DNA from: a virus
Taxonomy: Duplodnaviria > Caudoviricetes
Length of the DNA stretch: 64,000 nt
Strand: one strand, 5' to 3'
IMG/VR virus record: IMGVR_UViG_3300032330_001692
Coordinates: 29,829-93,828 of that record
This document shows, in pieces, positions 18,045-25,912 of this stretch. How positions within the stretch are numbered: the stretch's first letter is position 1; every line of letters begins with the position of its first letter. Under the pieces are notes generated by a model. That model was not told the origin of the DNA and made no database searches. It was given only the letters and a program-made list of their open reading frames with translations. The translations under genes and the position numbers were made by a program.

Positions 18045-18241
18045 TGTGGTGGCTTTGCACAGTGTGGGTTGACGGCGGCGAGTATTACCGTTGTGCTGTA
18101 CGAGCAGGCAACGACTACTACGCCACCAAACTGGCCCGAGAGCATTACAAACAAGAAGGCGAGTTTGTAGTAGAAACAGAAGCTGAAATGTTCAACACTT
18201 TTGAGCACGGCGATCCAGAAGATTATGAAATTATCACTTGA
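18044..18241 (+). CDS. hypothetical protein
   Basis: TAATG coupling. Confidence 0.5.
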   Translation: MWWLCTVWVDGGEYYRCAVRAGNDYYATKLAREHYKQEGEFVVETEAEMFNTFEHGDPEDYEIIT

Positions 18242-18287
18242 ACAGTGTGGTATTTTCCATTATAATTGATTCTTCAATGGAGAACAC

Positions 18288-18476
18288 ATGGCTGCTTACT
18301 CACGAGACTTTTTGATTTCAGCTTTTCTTAGCCGTTACGTAACGCTACCTGAAGCACAATTTGAGAGTTTGTGTGAAATGGCGTACCAGTTCTATGATCG
18401 AGCTGGACGAGATAAGTTTCGTGTGTATTGCTGTTTGGATGCTGAGGCCATTAAACTTTACCGTGAACAGCTTTAA
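18288..18476 (+). CDS. hypothetical protein
   Basis: promoter plus RBS. Confidence 0.65.
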   Translation: MAAYSRDFLISAFLSRYVTLPEAQFESLCEMAYQFYDRAGRDKFRVYCCLDAEAIKLYREQL

Positions 18477-18551
18477 AAATCCTGTGTTGCGGTTTAGAGT
18501 GTTTTAGTTTATAATTTGTATTCGGTTGGGAAATCAATCGAATCCATATTT

Positions 18552-18635
18552 TAGCACATTAATTGACACTGGTGCCCCTTTTCTAGAGTGTCAGTAAACG
18601 TCGGCAGGGGAAATGTCGAGCAGGTTAGTGTGCTA
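18552..18635 (+). ncRNA. three-way-junction RNA with possible kissing loops
   Basis: 12-bp closing stem, two hairpins, CCCCT/AGGGG loop complementarity. Confidence 0.55.
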
Positions 18636-18641
18636 TACTAT

Positions 18642-18727
18642 GGAGTTTTATACCGTTAAGGAGACGGTTCCGGCTGTAACCCGGACGCGCTTGCGCTCTG
18701 ATGGATCGTTACCATCAAACTCCACCA
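18642..18727 (+). tRNA. tRNA-Tyr(GUA)
   Basis: class II cloverleaf, CCA. Confidence 0.85.
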
Positions 18728-18779
18728 CATCAAACAAGGAGTATATTATGTTATTTTAGATAAACTAAAGGAGCATGAT

Positions 18780-19133
18780 ATGTCTAGAACATACAAAGAC
18801 AAGCCCTATAAATTCATGAATCCTGAACAGGACTGGGAATATAGGCATACTGGCACTCCACATACCCGCGAGTATCGTGTATACTCCGAGGGTTGCTGGA
18901 AGTGGGTAGAGTACGATAGGGTTTACTGGCTAAAAAAGCCCGGCGTACTAACCAAGAAAAAGAAGCACAAGGACACTGAGCATCACTGGATGACTACTCC
19001 CAGCTGGTGGACACGTATGTATATGCGACGTCCGCAACGTGTTCGTGAGAATCAACAGCTTCGCAATATCCGTGATATTGACGAGTTTGACTTTGTGGAT
19101 ACTGGCCGCAAGCCACACATCTACTACTGGTAG
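18780..19133 (+). CDS. basic Trp-rich protein (MSRT...YYW type)
   Basis: aaggag RBS. Confidence 0.7.
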   Translation: MSRTYKDKPYKFMNPEQDWEYRHTGTPHTREYRVYSEGCWKWVEYDRVYWLKKPGVLTKKKKHKDTEHHWMTTPSWWTRMYMRRPQRVRENQQLRNIRDIDEFDFVDTGRKPHIYYW

Positions 19134-19323
19134 GCTATGAAAACAAATAAAAAGAAATACTGGTGGTATGTGTGGCAAAAGGCCATTGGTGACAAAGCAA
19201 GTGTTAGTGCGCAGGTATCAGACCATGTGTCCATTGTACGTACCTTCTTGGTACTAAGCTACCTGTTCACTAACTTCATAATCATACTAGGTGTGTGGCA
19301 TCATTGGTAAACGAAAGGTAAAA

Positions 19324-19647
19324 ATGTCTGTGTGGCGTGTGGCTCCGGCCAAAGAACATCCTGAAGCTGTGCTGGTTTCTTGGCGAGTATTTGAACTTGA
19401 AAACGGTGATCGACACTTTTGTGGCCGCGAAACTCTATATCGCGAAGGCCGAGTCACCAGCCGTGTAGTAAGCTTTGATCCCAAATCTCGGCAGGGCATC
19501 ACTCGTTCAAGCCGGTGCTATGAGCTGCAAGGCCCTCCAGGCCACAACGCAGATGCACTGTATGTGTGGGACTACTGGTGCCGCGTAAACGGCATTACAC
19601 AGTGCACAGACGTCACAGATCAGGTGTACGAAGAATTTACCCATTAA
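19324..19647 (+). CDS. conserved hypothetical protein
   Basis: RHFCG...GRVTS...GITRSSR-x-YEL-x-GPPG. Confidence 0.7.
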   Translation: MSVWRVAPAKEHPEAVLVSWRVFELENGDRHFCGRETLYREGRVTSRVVSFDPKSRQGITRSSRCYELQGPPGHNADALYVWDYWCRVNGITQCTDVTDQVYEEFTH

Positions 19648-19710
19648 ATTTTACACTTGCCGGCATGTTGCTTTTCAGTTATAATAATTCTTTGAAAATA
19701 CAAACACACC

Positions 19711-19983
19711 ATGAAATTTCGTGAAAAAACGGTTGAGATAGAAGCCATTGAATTTGTTTATACCGGAGGCGGACTTCAAGCTTTGCGCGAATTTTGTGGT
19801 GATGCCCTGGGTTACGTAAACAAGGCCAGGCACATCAATGCCAAAGCAGAAGCTGAGATTAAAAATGTCTACTCAGGCATAACATACGTTGCCGTAGAAG
19901 GTGACTGGATCGTCAAAAATGGCTCCGGTCATTTTCACAACTGTGATCCTCAAACATTTTGGAAAACCTATGAGCCAGTATGA
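19711..19983 (+). CDS. conserved phage protein (VEIEA...GDWIV...C-x-P-x2-F-x2-TYE family)
   Basis: motif; own promoter. Confidence 0.7.
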   Translation: MKFREKTVEIEAIEFVYTGGGLQALREFCGDALGYVNKARHINAKAEAEIKNVYSGITYVAVEGDWIVKNGSGHFHNCDPQTFWKTYEPV

Positions 19984-20182
19984 TCGTTTTGAGCATGAAC
20001 AGCAACTCATGCGTTGTTGGCAAATCACTGATGACCTACAAGTGTTGGCAGAAGGTGTTCTAGAAGGCAGCATGACCACTGATGATGTGGCAAATGTACT
20101 GCAGGGACTGCAACAGCTGTATGCACTAAAGTTTGACTCCCTGTGGAACAGCTTTGAAGCATCAATTCAAATCCGCGACTGA
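19970..20182 (+). CDS. hypothetical protein
   Basis: DRFE-x-EQQLM-x-CW motif. Confidence 0.65.
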   Translation: MSQYDRFEHEQQLMRCWQITDDLQVLAEGVLEGSMTTDDVANVLQGLQQLYALKFDSLWNSFEASIQIRD

Positions 20183-20246
20183 GTGTGATGGAAGCACGCT
20201 AGGCTCATAACCTAGAGGACCTGTTCGATTCAGGAGTTCGCAACCA
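20174..20246 (+). tRNA. tRNA-Met(CAU), initiator-like
   Basis: C1:A72 mismatch, CAT anticodon, CCA. Confidence 0.75.
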
Positions 20247-20252
20247 GTTAAT

Positions 20253-20339
20253 CCGAGTGTAGGCTAGCCTGGTCAAGTCACTCCGTTTGGGGCGGAGAGC
20301 GTAACTGCATCGCAGGTTCGAATCCTGCTACTCGGACCA
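20253..20339 (+). tRNA. tRNA-Pro(UGG), long variable region
   Basis: CTCCG-TT-TGG-GG-CGGAG, CCA. Confidence 0.85.
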
Positions 20340-20431
20340 ATTAAAAAAGCAGCATAAGCAGCCTTAGCATAACAACACAGTCTATCTGCGCATAGTCTAA
20401 GTTCCGCTGTATCTAGGCTGCTTTTTTAATT
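20339..20431 (+). ncRNA. stem-closed inter-tRNA RNA
   Basis: 15-bp terminal inverted repeat. Confidence 0.45.
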
Positions 20432-20439
20432 GTGTTATT

Positions 20440-20513
20440 CTCTCCTAAGTGTTCCGGTAGCACAAGTGACTCCAAACCACTTGGACGCGGTTCGATTCCG
20501 TGAGGAGAGGCCA
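20440..20513 (+). tRNA. tRNA-Trp(CCA)
   Basis: cloverleaf, G73, CCA. Confidence 0.8.
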
Positions 20514-20658
20514 ATAATTAAGTACTATCAAGGTATCGTGTGCAGACGTGTACACTACTCGGGCGCAACTGGCGAGGAAAGCGTCCTGATATAACTGATT
20601 AGTCGCTGTGGGATGAAAGCATCAGACCCCTAAATAGATCAGATAGTATTTAATTATT
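20513..20658 (+). ncRNA. stem-closed inter-tRNA RNA
   Basis: 17-bp terminal stem fills the whole spacer. Confidence 0.55.
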
Positions 20659-20732
20659 GGGCGTGTAGTATAATGGGATTACGGCGGCTTTGCAAGCCGT
20701 TTATGGGAGTTCGATCCTCCCCATGTCCACCA
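20659..20732 (+). tRNA. tRNA-Ala(UGC)
   Basis: G3-U70, TGC, CCA. Confidence 0.9.
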
Positions 20733-20857
20733 CCATTTTCAGTCAGCTTCAGCTCACAAGGCTAAGCTGATTTTTCTGTCTCTAAATTTTAACAACTGCA
20801 TTCAGGCTATTAAACAATGATGTAAAAATCTAGTTAGTACCATACAGGGAGCCGATT

Positions 20858-21079
20858 ATGGCCGAAAATGACATCGCACTTGCAACCGCTGTTACCGTAG
20901 CCGTCTTGCAAGAAAAAATCTCAGCGTTGGAAGACCATCTCCATCGCAGTGACTCTAAAATCAAAGCCCTAGAAAAAGATCGAGACAACGCCATCAAGTG
21001 GGGTCTCATGATCCTAGGAACCGCGGTAGTTTCCATGGCTTCGTGGATATTCAAGTTGATTACAGTGAAAGCACCGTAA
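20858..21079 (+). CDS. coiled-coil plus C-terminal TM protein (XhlA/holin-like)
   Basis: architecture only. Confidence 0.5.
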   Translation: MAENDIALATAVTVAVLQEKISALEDHLHRSDSKIKALEKDRDNAIKWGLMILGTAVVSMASWIFKLITVKAP

Positions 21080-21176
21080 TTTTTCTCTTGAACCTCGACC
21101 CTAAATCACTTACAATAATCTCTTAGAAATCGAAATCAAGCGTGCCCCACAGGGCACGCTACCCTGAGGTACTACT

Positions 21177-21287
21177 ATGAAACCCCGTAATTTTGTAACC
21201 AAGCACATGCAGCGCACTGGCGATGGCTCACATCGCAAAACAAACAAACAGCTGCGTCAAAAACAGAAACGCGAGCTGTTCCAGTAG
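21177..21287 (+). CDS. 36-aa basic peptide
   Basis: gaggt RBS; MKPRNFVTKHMQRTGDGSHRKTNK... Confidence 0.55.
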   Translation: MKPRNFVTKHMQRTGDGSHRKTNKQLRQKQKRELFQ

Positions 21288-21292
21288 ACGCT

Positions 21293-21366
21293 GGGCTCGT
21301 AACTTAAAGGTAAAGTAACTGGCTTTTAACCAGTAAAAGAAGGATCGTTACCTTCCGGGCCTACCA
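21293..21366 (+). tRNA. tRNA-Lys(UUU)
   Basis: cloverleaf, CCA. Confidence 0.85.
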
Positions 21367-21367
21367 A

Positions 21368-21496
21368 TGTATGTATATGTGAATTTCTCCACCACACCGG
21401 CTCACGACCACCGTGGTTCAGCGCAAAAGTTCGTGAGACCGATGCGTGGTATACAAGGGCTTGAAACCCCAAGTGGGATCTTCACATATGCACACA
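21368..21496 (+). ncRNA. stem-closed inter-tRNA RNA
   Basis: ~16-bp terminal stem plus internal stems. Confidence 0.55.
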
Positions 21497-21498
21497 GT

Positions 21499-21572
21499 TG
21501 GGGGTTAGTTAAATGGTATAACCACGGATTTTGATTCCGTTGTCAAAGGTTCGATTCCTTTACCCTCTGCCA
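21499..21572 (+). tRNA. tRNA-Gln(UUG)
   Basis: cloverleaf, G73, CCA. Confidence 0.85.
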
Positions 21573-21632
21573 GAAATATTCACTTGATTCAACCGGTGTT
21601 TTAGTTTATAATCTTTTCCTAACAGGAAAACT

Positions 21633-21752
21633 ATGTATTTCAAAGAACGTGAATCAGATCCACGAGCAAATCAAGAACACAACAAGCGTGAGCGCGAGCT
21701 CAGTGCAGAACGCATGAAGCGGGTTGCTGCACTCCGCAAGTCTAAGCGGTAA
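21633..21752 (+). CDS. 39-aa charged peptide
   Basis: promoter plus agga RBS. Confidence 0.5.
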   Translation: MYFKERESDPRANQEHNKRERELSAERMKRVAALRKSKR

Positions 21753-21757
21753 TCTCC

Positions 21758-21833
21758 ACCCGATTAGCTCAGCTGGTAGAGCACACGCTTGATAAGCGTT
21801 AGGTCGCTGGTTCAAGTCCAGCATCGGGTACCA
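21758..21833 (+). tRNA. tRNA-Ile(GAU)
   Basis: canonical cloverleaf. Confidence 0.92.
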
Positions 21834-21914
21834 ATATGGGTGTTTCAAGGTTGCGCAGATGGGCGCAGATAAAAACTTAATCTAGAGTGAATCGTCTTTT
21901 CTCTAGGCCCACCC

Positions 21915-22052
21915 TCCATTAGAGTACACATAGGCGCACACCTTATATAGTGCGGTCGTGCTAGCACACGGCAACAAACATTGCTAGATGGGGTACTTAT
22001 AGCCTGAATTTATAGTAGGGCATATCGACCCAAGACCTGTGTGTACTCTAAT
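21915..22052 (+). ncRNA. stem-closed inter-tRNA RNA
   Basis: 20-bp stem TCCATTAGAGTACACATAGG/CCTGTGTGTACTCTAATGGA, running 3 nt into the next tRNA. Confidence 0.55.
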
Positions 22053-22154
22053 GGAAGAGTTGCTAATGTTGGCCTTAGGGAGACCCTTATAAAGTCTTTA
22101 AGCCCTCACCAGATAAGTGAGTGTACGTGGGTTCGATTCCCACCTCTTCTACCA
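22053..22154 (+). tRNA. tRNA with UAU anticodon (Ile) and long variable arm
   Basis: CT-TAT-AA loop, CTCAC/GTGAG extra arm, T arm, ACCA. Confidence 0.75.
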
Positions 22155-22162
22155 GATTTAAT

Positions 22163-22246
22163 GCGCGAGTGGTGTAATGGTAGCCACGCTGGTCTTAGAA
22201 GCCAGTGCCGTGAGGCGTGAGAGTTCGAGTCTCTCCTTGCGCACCA
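22163..22246 (+). tRNA. tRNA-Leu(UAG)
   Basis: class II cloverleaf. Confidence 0.92.
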
Positions 22247-22256
22247 CCCTAATAAG

Positions 22257-22331
22257 GGCCTATTCGTCTAGTGGTCAGGACGCCGGGTTTTCATCCCGTA
22301 AAGAAGAGTTCGATTCTCTTATAGGCTACCA
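22257..22331 (+). tRNA. tRNA-Glu(UUC)
   Basis: cloverleaf, CCA. Confidence 0.85.
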
Positions 22332-22398
22332 ACCAAAATATTGATTTGATTTCAGTGTTAAAACACTCTATAATTGTTTTAACAAATCAGGAAATCAG

Positions 22399-22707
22399 TT
22401 GAGTAAAAAGTACACAATCACTGCCGTTATCTACGACAAGCGGGGCAACGTGCTTAGTCTAGGAAAGAATAGTTATCACAAGACTCATCCACTGCAAGCA
22501 CACTACGCAGCGGTGGCCGGAGAACCGCATAAAATGTTTCTTCACGCTGAAATTGATGCCATTATCAAGTGCCAGGATTTAACTCGGGCTCACAAACTTG
22601 TTGTCTTTCGGTATCGTGAAGACGGTTCTCCGGCCTTGGCCCGGCCGTGCAGAGTGTGTCAGGCTGCTATTCAGAAAACTCCCATTAAAATCATCGAGCA
22701 TACTTAA
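22399..22707 (+). CDS. zinc-dependent deaminase-fold protein
   Basis: HAE...PCRVC. Confidence 0.8.
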   Translation: MSKKYTITAVIYDKRGNVLSLGKNSYHKTHPLQAHYAAVAGEPHKMFLHAEIDAIIKCQDLTRAHKLVVFRYREDGSPALARPCRVCQAAIQKTPIKIIEHT

Positions 22708-22943
22708 TGTACGATTCGGCACATCAAACTTACAAAATTGAATTGACCATCTACGACGACTTTCGATTGCCTCCAGCACACGAGCTGGAACGTTGGATCC
22801 GTTACATGGTTGAAAGCGCAGGCAAGATTGGCTGTGACTGTTCGGTGACTGCACAGCCACGAGAAATTAACATGCAGGAACGTGTACAGCGCGCTGGACC
22901 ACGCAAATTTAAACCATACAATTCCGGAGTAGCACAGCGGTAG
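22707..22943 (+). CDS. hypothetical protein (3' end overlaps tRNA-Asn)
   Basis: TAATG coupling. Confidence 0.5.
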   Translation: MYDSAHQTYKIELTIYDDFRLPPAHELERWIRYMVESAGKIGCDCSVTAQPREINMQERVQRAGPRKFKPYNSGVAQR

Positions 22944-22997
22944 TGCAGTTGACTGTTAATCAATTGGTCGTAGGTTCGATCCCTGCCTCCGGAGCCA
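22923..22997 (+). tRNA. tRNA-Asn(GUU)
   Basis: canonical cloverleaf. Confidence 0.92.
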
Positions 22998-23003
22998 CGT
23001 AAC

Positions 23004-23078
23004 GCGTCCCTAGTATAGTGGAAAATATCCAAAGCTACGAACTTTGAGACGGGAGTTCGATTCTCTCGGGACGTACCA
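23004..23078 (+). tRNA. tRNA-Arg(ACG)
   Basis: cloverleaf, CCA. Confidence 0.88.
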
Positions 23079-23092
23079 CACAGAAAGCAACT

Positions 23093-23308
23093 ATGAGTTT
23101 TGATGCCTGGAGTCTAAACTGTCCCCGCTGCGGGCCAGCTCATAAATTGGTTCCTGACTCTACAGCATGTGCTGAGATTGCCGGCGACTGTTACCAGTGG
23201 TGCTGGTATGAGTGCGCAGTTTGCAAGTTTGAAACTGAAAGTGAACAAGCCATAAACGGCGATGCCCAAGTTTGGGAACTGCTTTATAAAAAATACCTGG
23301 TAGAATAG
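23093..23308 (+). CDS. Zn-ribbon protein
   Basis: CPRC...CAVC. Confidence 0.55.
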   Translation: MSFDAWSLNCPRCGPAHKLVPDSTACAEIAGDCYQWCWYECAVCKFETESEQAINGDAQVWELLYKKYLVE

Positions 23309-23373
23309 CACAGCGGTAGTGCACGGCTCTCATACGGCTGGGGTCGTAGGTTCGAATCCTACTTTTACCACCA
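23299..23373 (+). tRNA. tRNA-CAU (elongator Met or Ile2)
   Basis: cloverleaf, CCA. Confidence 0.85.
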
Positions 23374-23385
23374 CACATACTAATC

Positions 23386-23685
23386 ATGCGAAACACACTA
23401 ATCATCAACGGTTGCACTCTGGAGCGTACTTGCTATGCTTGTCCTGAGCAGTACGATGTTTTCTTTCAGGACTTTCAGATCGGTTACCTGCGTTTGCGTC
23501 ACGGTAGATTTACCGCTGATTATCCAGACTACGGAGGTACTACAGCATATCATGGTTACCCCAAAGGTGACGGCATTTTTGAAGACGACGAGCGTTTCTT
23601 CTTTTTGCGTGAAGCGGTAGACTCCTTAATTCAAACGCACAACACACAGCTCATAGAGCGCATGGATGCTCCTGCGTACGATTGA
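23386..23685 (+). CDS. conserved phage hypothetical protein
   Basis: TC-x-ACPEQYD...GYLRLRHG. Confidence 0.75.
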   Translation: MRNTLIINGCTLERTCYACPEQYDVFFQDFQIGYLRLRHGRFTADYPDYGGTTAYHGYPKGDGIFEDDERFFFLREAVDSLIQTHNTQLIERMDAPAYD

Positions 23686-23800
23686 AATTTTTATCTTGAA
23701 TTCTTCGCAAATTCCTGTATAATAATGTAATGGGTTGAGAGATCGATCCAGAGCTTCACTAGCGTAATTAGTGGTAATGACTGTGATACTTAATCAGTCA

Positions 23801-23964
23801 ATTAAGTTAAGCGTCTGCTGTAGCGAGGCGATCAGTTACTTCATACTATAGAGAAAGGTTAATCCTTGTGGTTAACCAAAGCGGTAAAATAATTCGGCGT
23901 GCCGCGATAGACAAAACCCGATAAAACCTGAGAACACACATTCTCAGCGGACGCTTAACTTAAT
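23801..23964 (+). ncRNA. Y-RNA-like element A
   Basis: 20-bp terminal stem, GTTACTTC at 23835, immediately upstream of Ro60 gene. Confidence 0.65.
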
Positions 23965-23989
23965 CTTTTTAACTACGAAAGAAACCAAA

Positions 23990-25312
23990 ATGTCTAGCCT
24001 AAACAAGCGCGTGTATGCTCCTCAAGCCCGTGCTGTAAACCATGCTGGTACTGCTGTGCGCGCTATCACTCCAGAAAAGCAACTGGTGCGCATGACCCTA
24101 GCTAATATGCTTTGGGAAAACCAATTCTACGTCAACGGAGAAAAATCCGCTGACGTGATCGCCAAGTTGGTGCAACAGTGCGATGCCCAGTTTGTTTCAA
24201 ACTTGGCCATCATGGCACGTACGCAATTCAAACTGCGTCACGTTCCACTACTGTTGACCCGAGAACTGGCACGCACTGGCCGCCTTGCGGCACATGTGCT
24301 CAACGCTGTAATCCAGCGTCCGGACGAAATGTCCGAGTTCCTGTCAATCTACTGGCGGGACGGCAAGACCCCTATCGGCAATCAAGTCAAGCGGGGTCTT
24401 GCAACTGCTTTTGCAAAGTTTTCGGAATACGCACTTGCAAAGTGGGATAAGAACAGCAGCGCAGTCCGGATGCGTGATGTAATGTTCTTGGTGCATCCGA
24501 AGCCTGAGAGCCCTGCTCAGGCTGCACTGTTTAAGCGCGTTGCCGATAACGCGCTCAAAACCCCAGATACCTGGGAATCGGAACTCTCAGCTGGAGCCGA
24601 TAAACGTGAAACGTTTACTCGACTGATGCAAGAGAAGAAGCTGGGAGCTTTGGCATTTTTGCGTAATCTGCGCAACATGACCCAAAGCGGCGTTCAGGAC
24701 TCTCAGATTCGTGAGTACGCACAGACTCTAGATGTCACAAAGGTTCTGCCTTTCCGTTACATCGCAGCAGCCCGTATTGTTCCCGAATATGAGGATATGC
24801 TGGAACAGCTGATGTTTCGCAGCCTAGAGTCACACGAAAAGCTGCCTGGTGTAACCAAGTTGTATGTGGATGTATCAGGCTCCATGTTTGGTACTAAGAT
24901 TTCTCAGAAGTCAGACTTGGAGCGTTTCGACGCTGCTGCTGCTTTAGCCGTGCTGTGCAGAGAAATCTGCGAAACGGTTGAAATCTACAGTTTCTCGGAT
25001 CGTGCTGTGCGTGTACCACCTCGCCGTGGTTTTGCCCTAGTTGAAGCAATTCGCCAGTCACAAGCACACAACGGTACCAACTTGGGGCGTTCGCTAAACT
25101 CCACTGGATCGCCTTGCGATCGAGTGATTGTGTTTACCGATGAACAGTCACACGACCGTCCGGGTAAGCCCGGGTTCGGTGCTAAGGGATACATTGTTAA
25201 CGTAGCAGCCTATGAAAATGGTGTAAATCACGACCACTGGCTGACTATTTCAGGATTCTCTGAAGCCATCGTTGACTATATTCAAGCCGTTGAAAAGGAC
25301 GTAAGTCCTTAA
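23990..25312 (+). CDS. Ro60/TROVE-vWA RNA-binding protein (Rsr-like)
   Basis: LRHVP, IQRPDE, EYALAKW, HPKP, TWE, AFLRNLRN, LPFRY, vWA DVSGSM, TDEQ. Confidence 0.93.
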   Translation: MSSLNKRVYAPQARAVNHAGTAVRAITPEKQLVRMTLANMLWENQFYVNGEKSADVIAKLVQQCDAQFVSNLAIMARTQFKLRHVPLLLTRELARTGRLAAHVLNAVIQRPDEMSEFLSIYWRDGKTPIGNQVKRGLATAFAKFSEYALAKWDKNSSAVRMRDVMFLVHPKPESPAQAALFKRVADNALKTPDTWESELSAGADKRETFTRLMQEKKLGALAFLRNLRNMTQSGVQDSQIREYAQTLDVTKVLPFRYIAAARIVPEYEDMLEQLMFRSLESHEKLPGVTKLYVDVSGSMFGTKISQKSDLERFDAAAALAVLCREICETVEIYSFSDRAVRVPPRRGFALVEAIRQSQAHNGTNLGRSLNSTGSPCDRVIVFTDEQSHDRPGKPGFGAKGYIVNVAAYENGVNHDHWLTISGFSEAIVDYIQAVEKDVSP

Positions 25313-25596
25313 CTGGAGCAAGGCGATAAGCAAGAGCTCGTACTAATATTTAGCGGTATACCTTATCATTACTAACGCTAAATTACCTTAGTACTGCCGC
25401 GGTGGCAGTGTCCATCCACCAAGTAGTGCGAAAACTACTAAAAAATCCACGCTAGGAACCGCAAGCAGCCGGTCAGAGCAAGAGAGTGGTCAGGACGAAT
25501 ATGTACAAGAGTAGCATGTAGAGTTGCGTACACAACTCGAGGGCTTGAATTCTCTTGCCGGCGACACCGGCTATGTCCTCTAAACTGCAAGGTTTA
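25296..25596 (+). ncRNA. uncharacterised multi-stem RNA
   Basis: ORF-free, at least five hand-found helices. Confidence 0.5.
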
Positions 25597-25671
25597 GAAA
25601 AGTGTATGTTGTCGGATGCGGTTACTTCTTTAGGCGAAAAAACACCGCATCAATTTGTTACTACACTTTTC
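25597..25671 (+). ncRNA. Y-RNA-like element B (minimal)
   Basis: GAAAAGTGTA/TACACTTTTC and GATGCGGT/ACCGCATC stems, GTTACTTC. Confidence 0.7.
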
Positions 25672-25672
25672 C

Positions 25673-25780
25673 AAGCCTTGACGCTGTTATTGGTTACTTC
25701 ATAGGTTCGATTCCTATATGCGGTTACATACTGCGTATAGCTGCAATGGCGCAGCACACCAATACAAATTTTTCAGGCTT
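25673..25780 (+). ncRNA. YrlA-like Y RNA (element C) with permuted tRNA domain
   Basis: GTTACTTC, T arm, closed acceptor stem, D arm, terminal stem. Confidence 0.8.
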
Positions 25781-25788
25781 CCATTTAC

Positions 25789-25890
25789 GTCTTAGTGTTT
25801 TACACAGTTACTTCTCTTACCATAAAATTCTGGCCTTACAGCTTGAATCAAGAAATGCCGCATAGGCGCTCTGTGTTTTTTGTTCTAGAC
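25789..25890 (+). ncRNA. Y-RNA-like element D
   Basis: ACACAG/CTGTGT stem, GTTACTTC, GTCT/AGAC closure. Confidence 0.6.
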
Positions 25891-25912
25891 TCCTTTAACT
25901 ACCACCATTACC

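Noticed and set aside
21654-21848. Minus-strand ORF (likewise 22802..23032, 23160..23417, 26953..27381)
   Set aside because: Antisense to tRNA genes.
21838-21914. Additional inter-tRNA RNA cassette
   Set aside because: Only a 5-bp closing stem; too weak to call.
25602-25865. 87-aa ORF across the Y-like units
   Set aside because: No RBS or motif; the region is explained by RNA structures.
23801-25890. GTTACTTC units as CRISPR repeats or DNA operators
   Set aside because: Only an 8-nt core is identical and it is not palindromic; the flanks keep pairing rather than sequence, which fits RNA structure.
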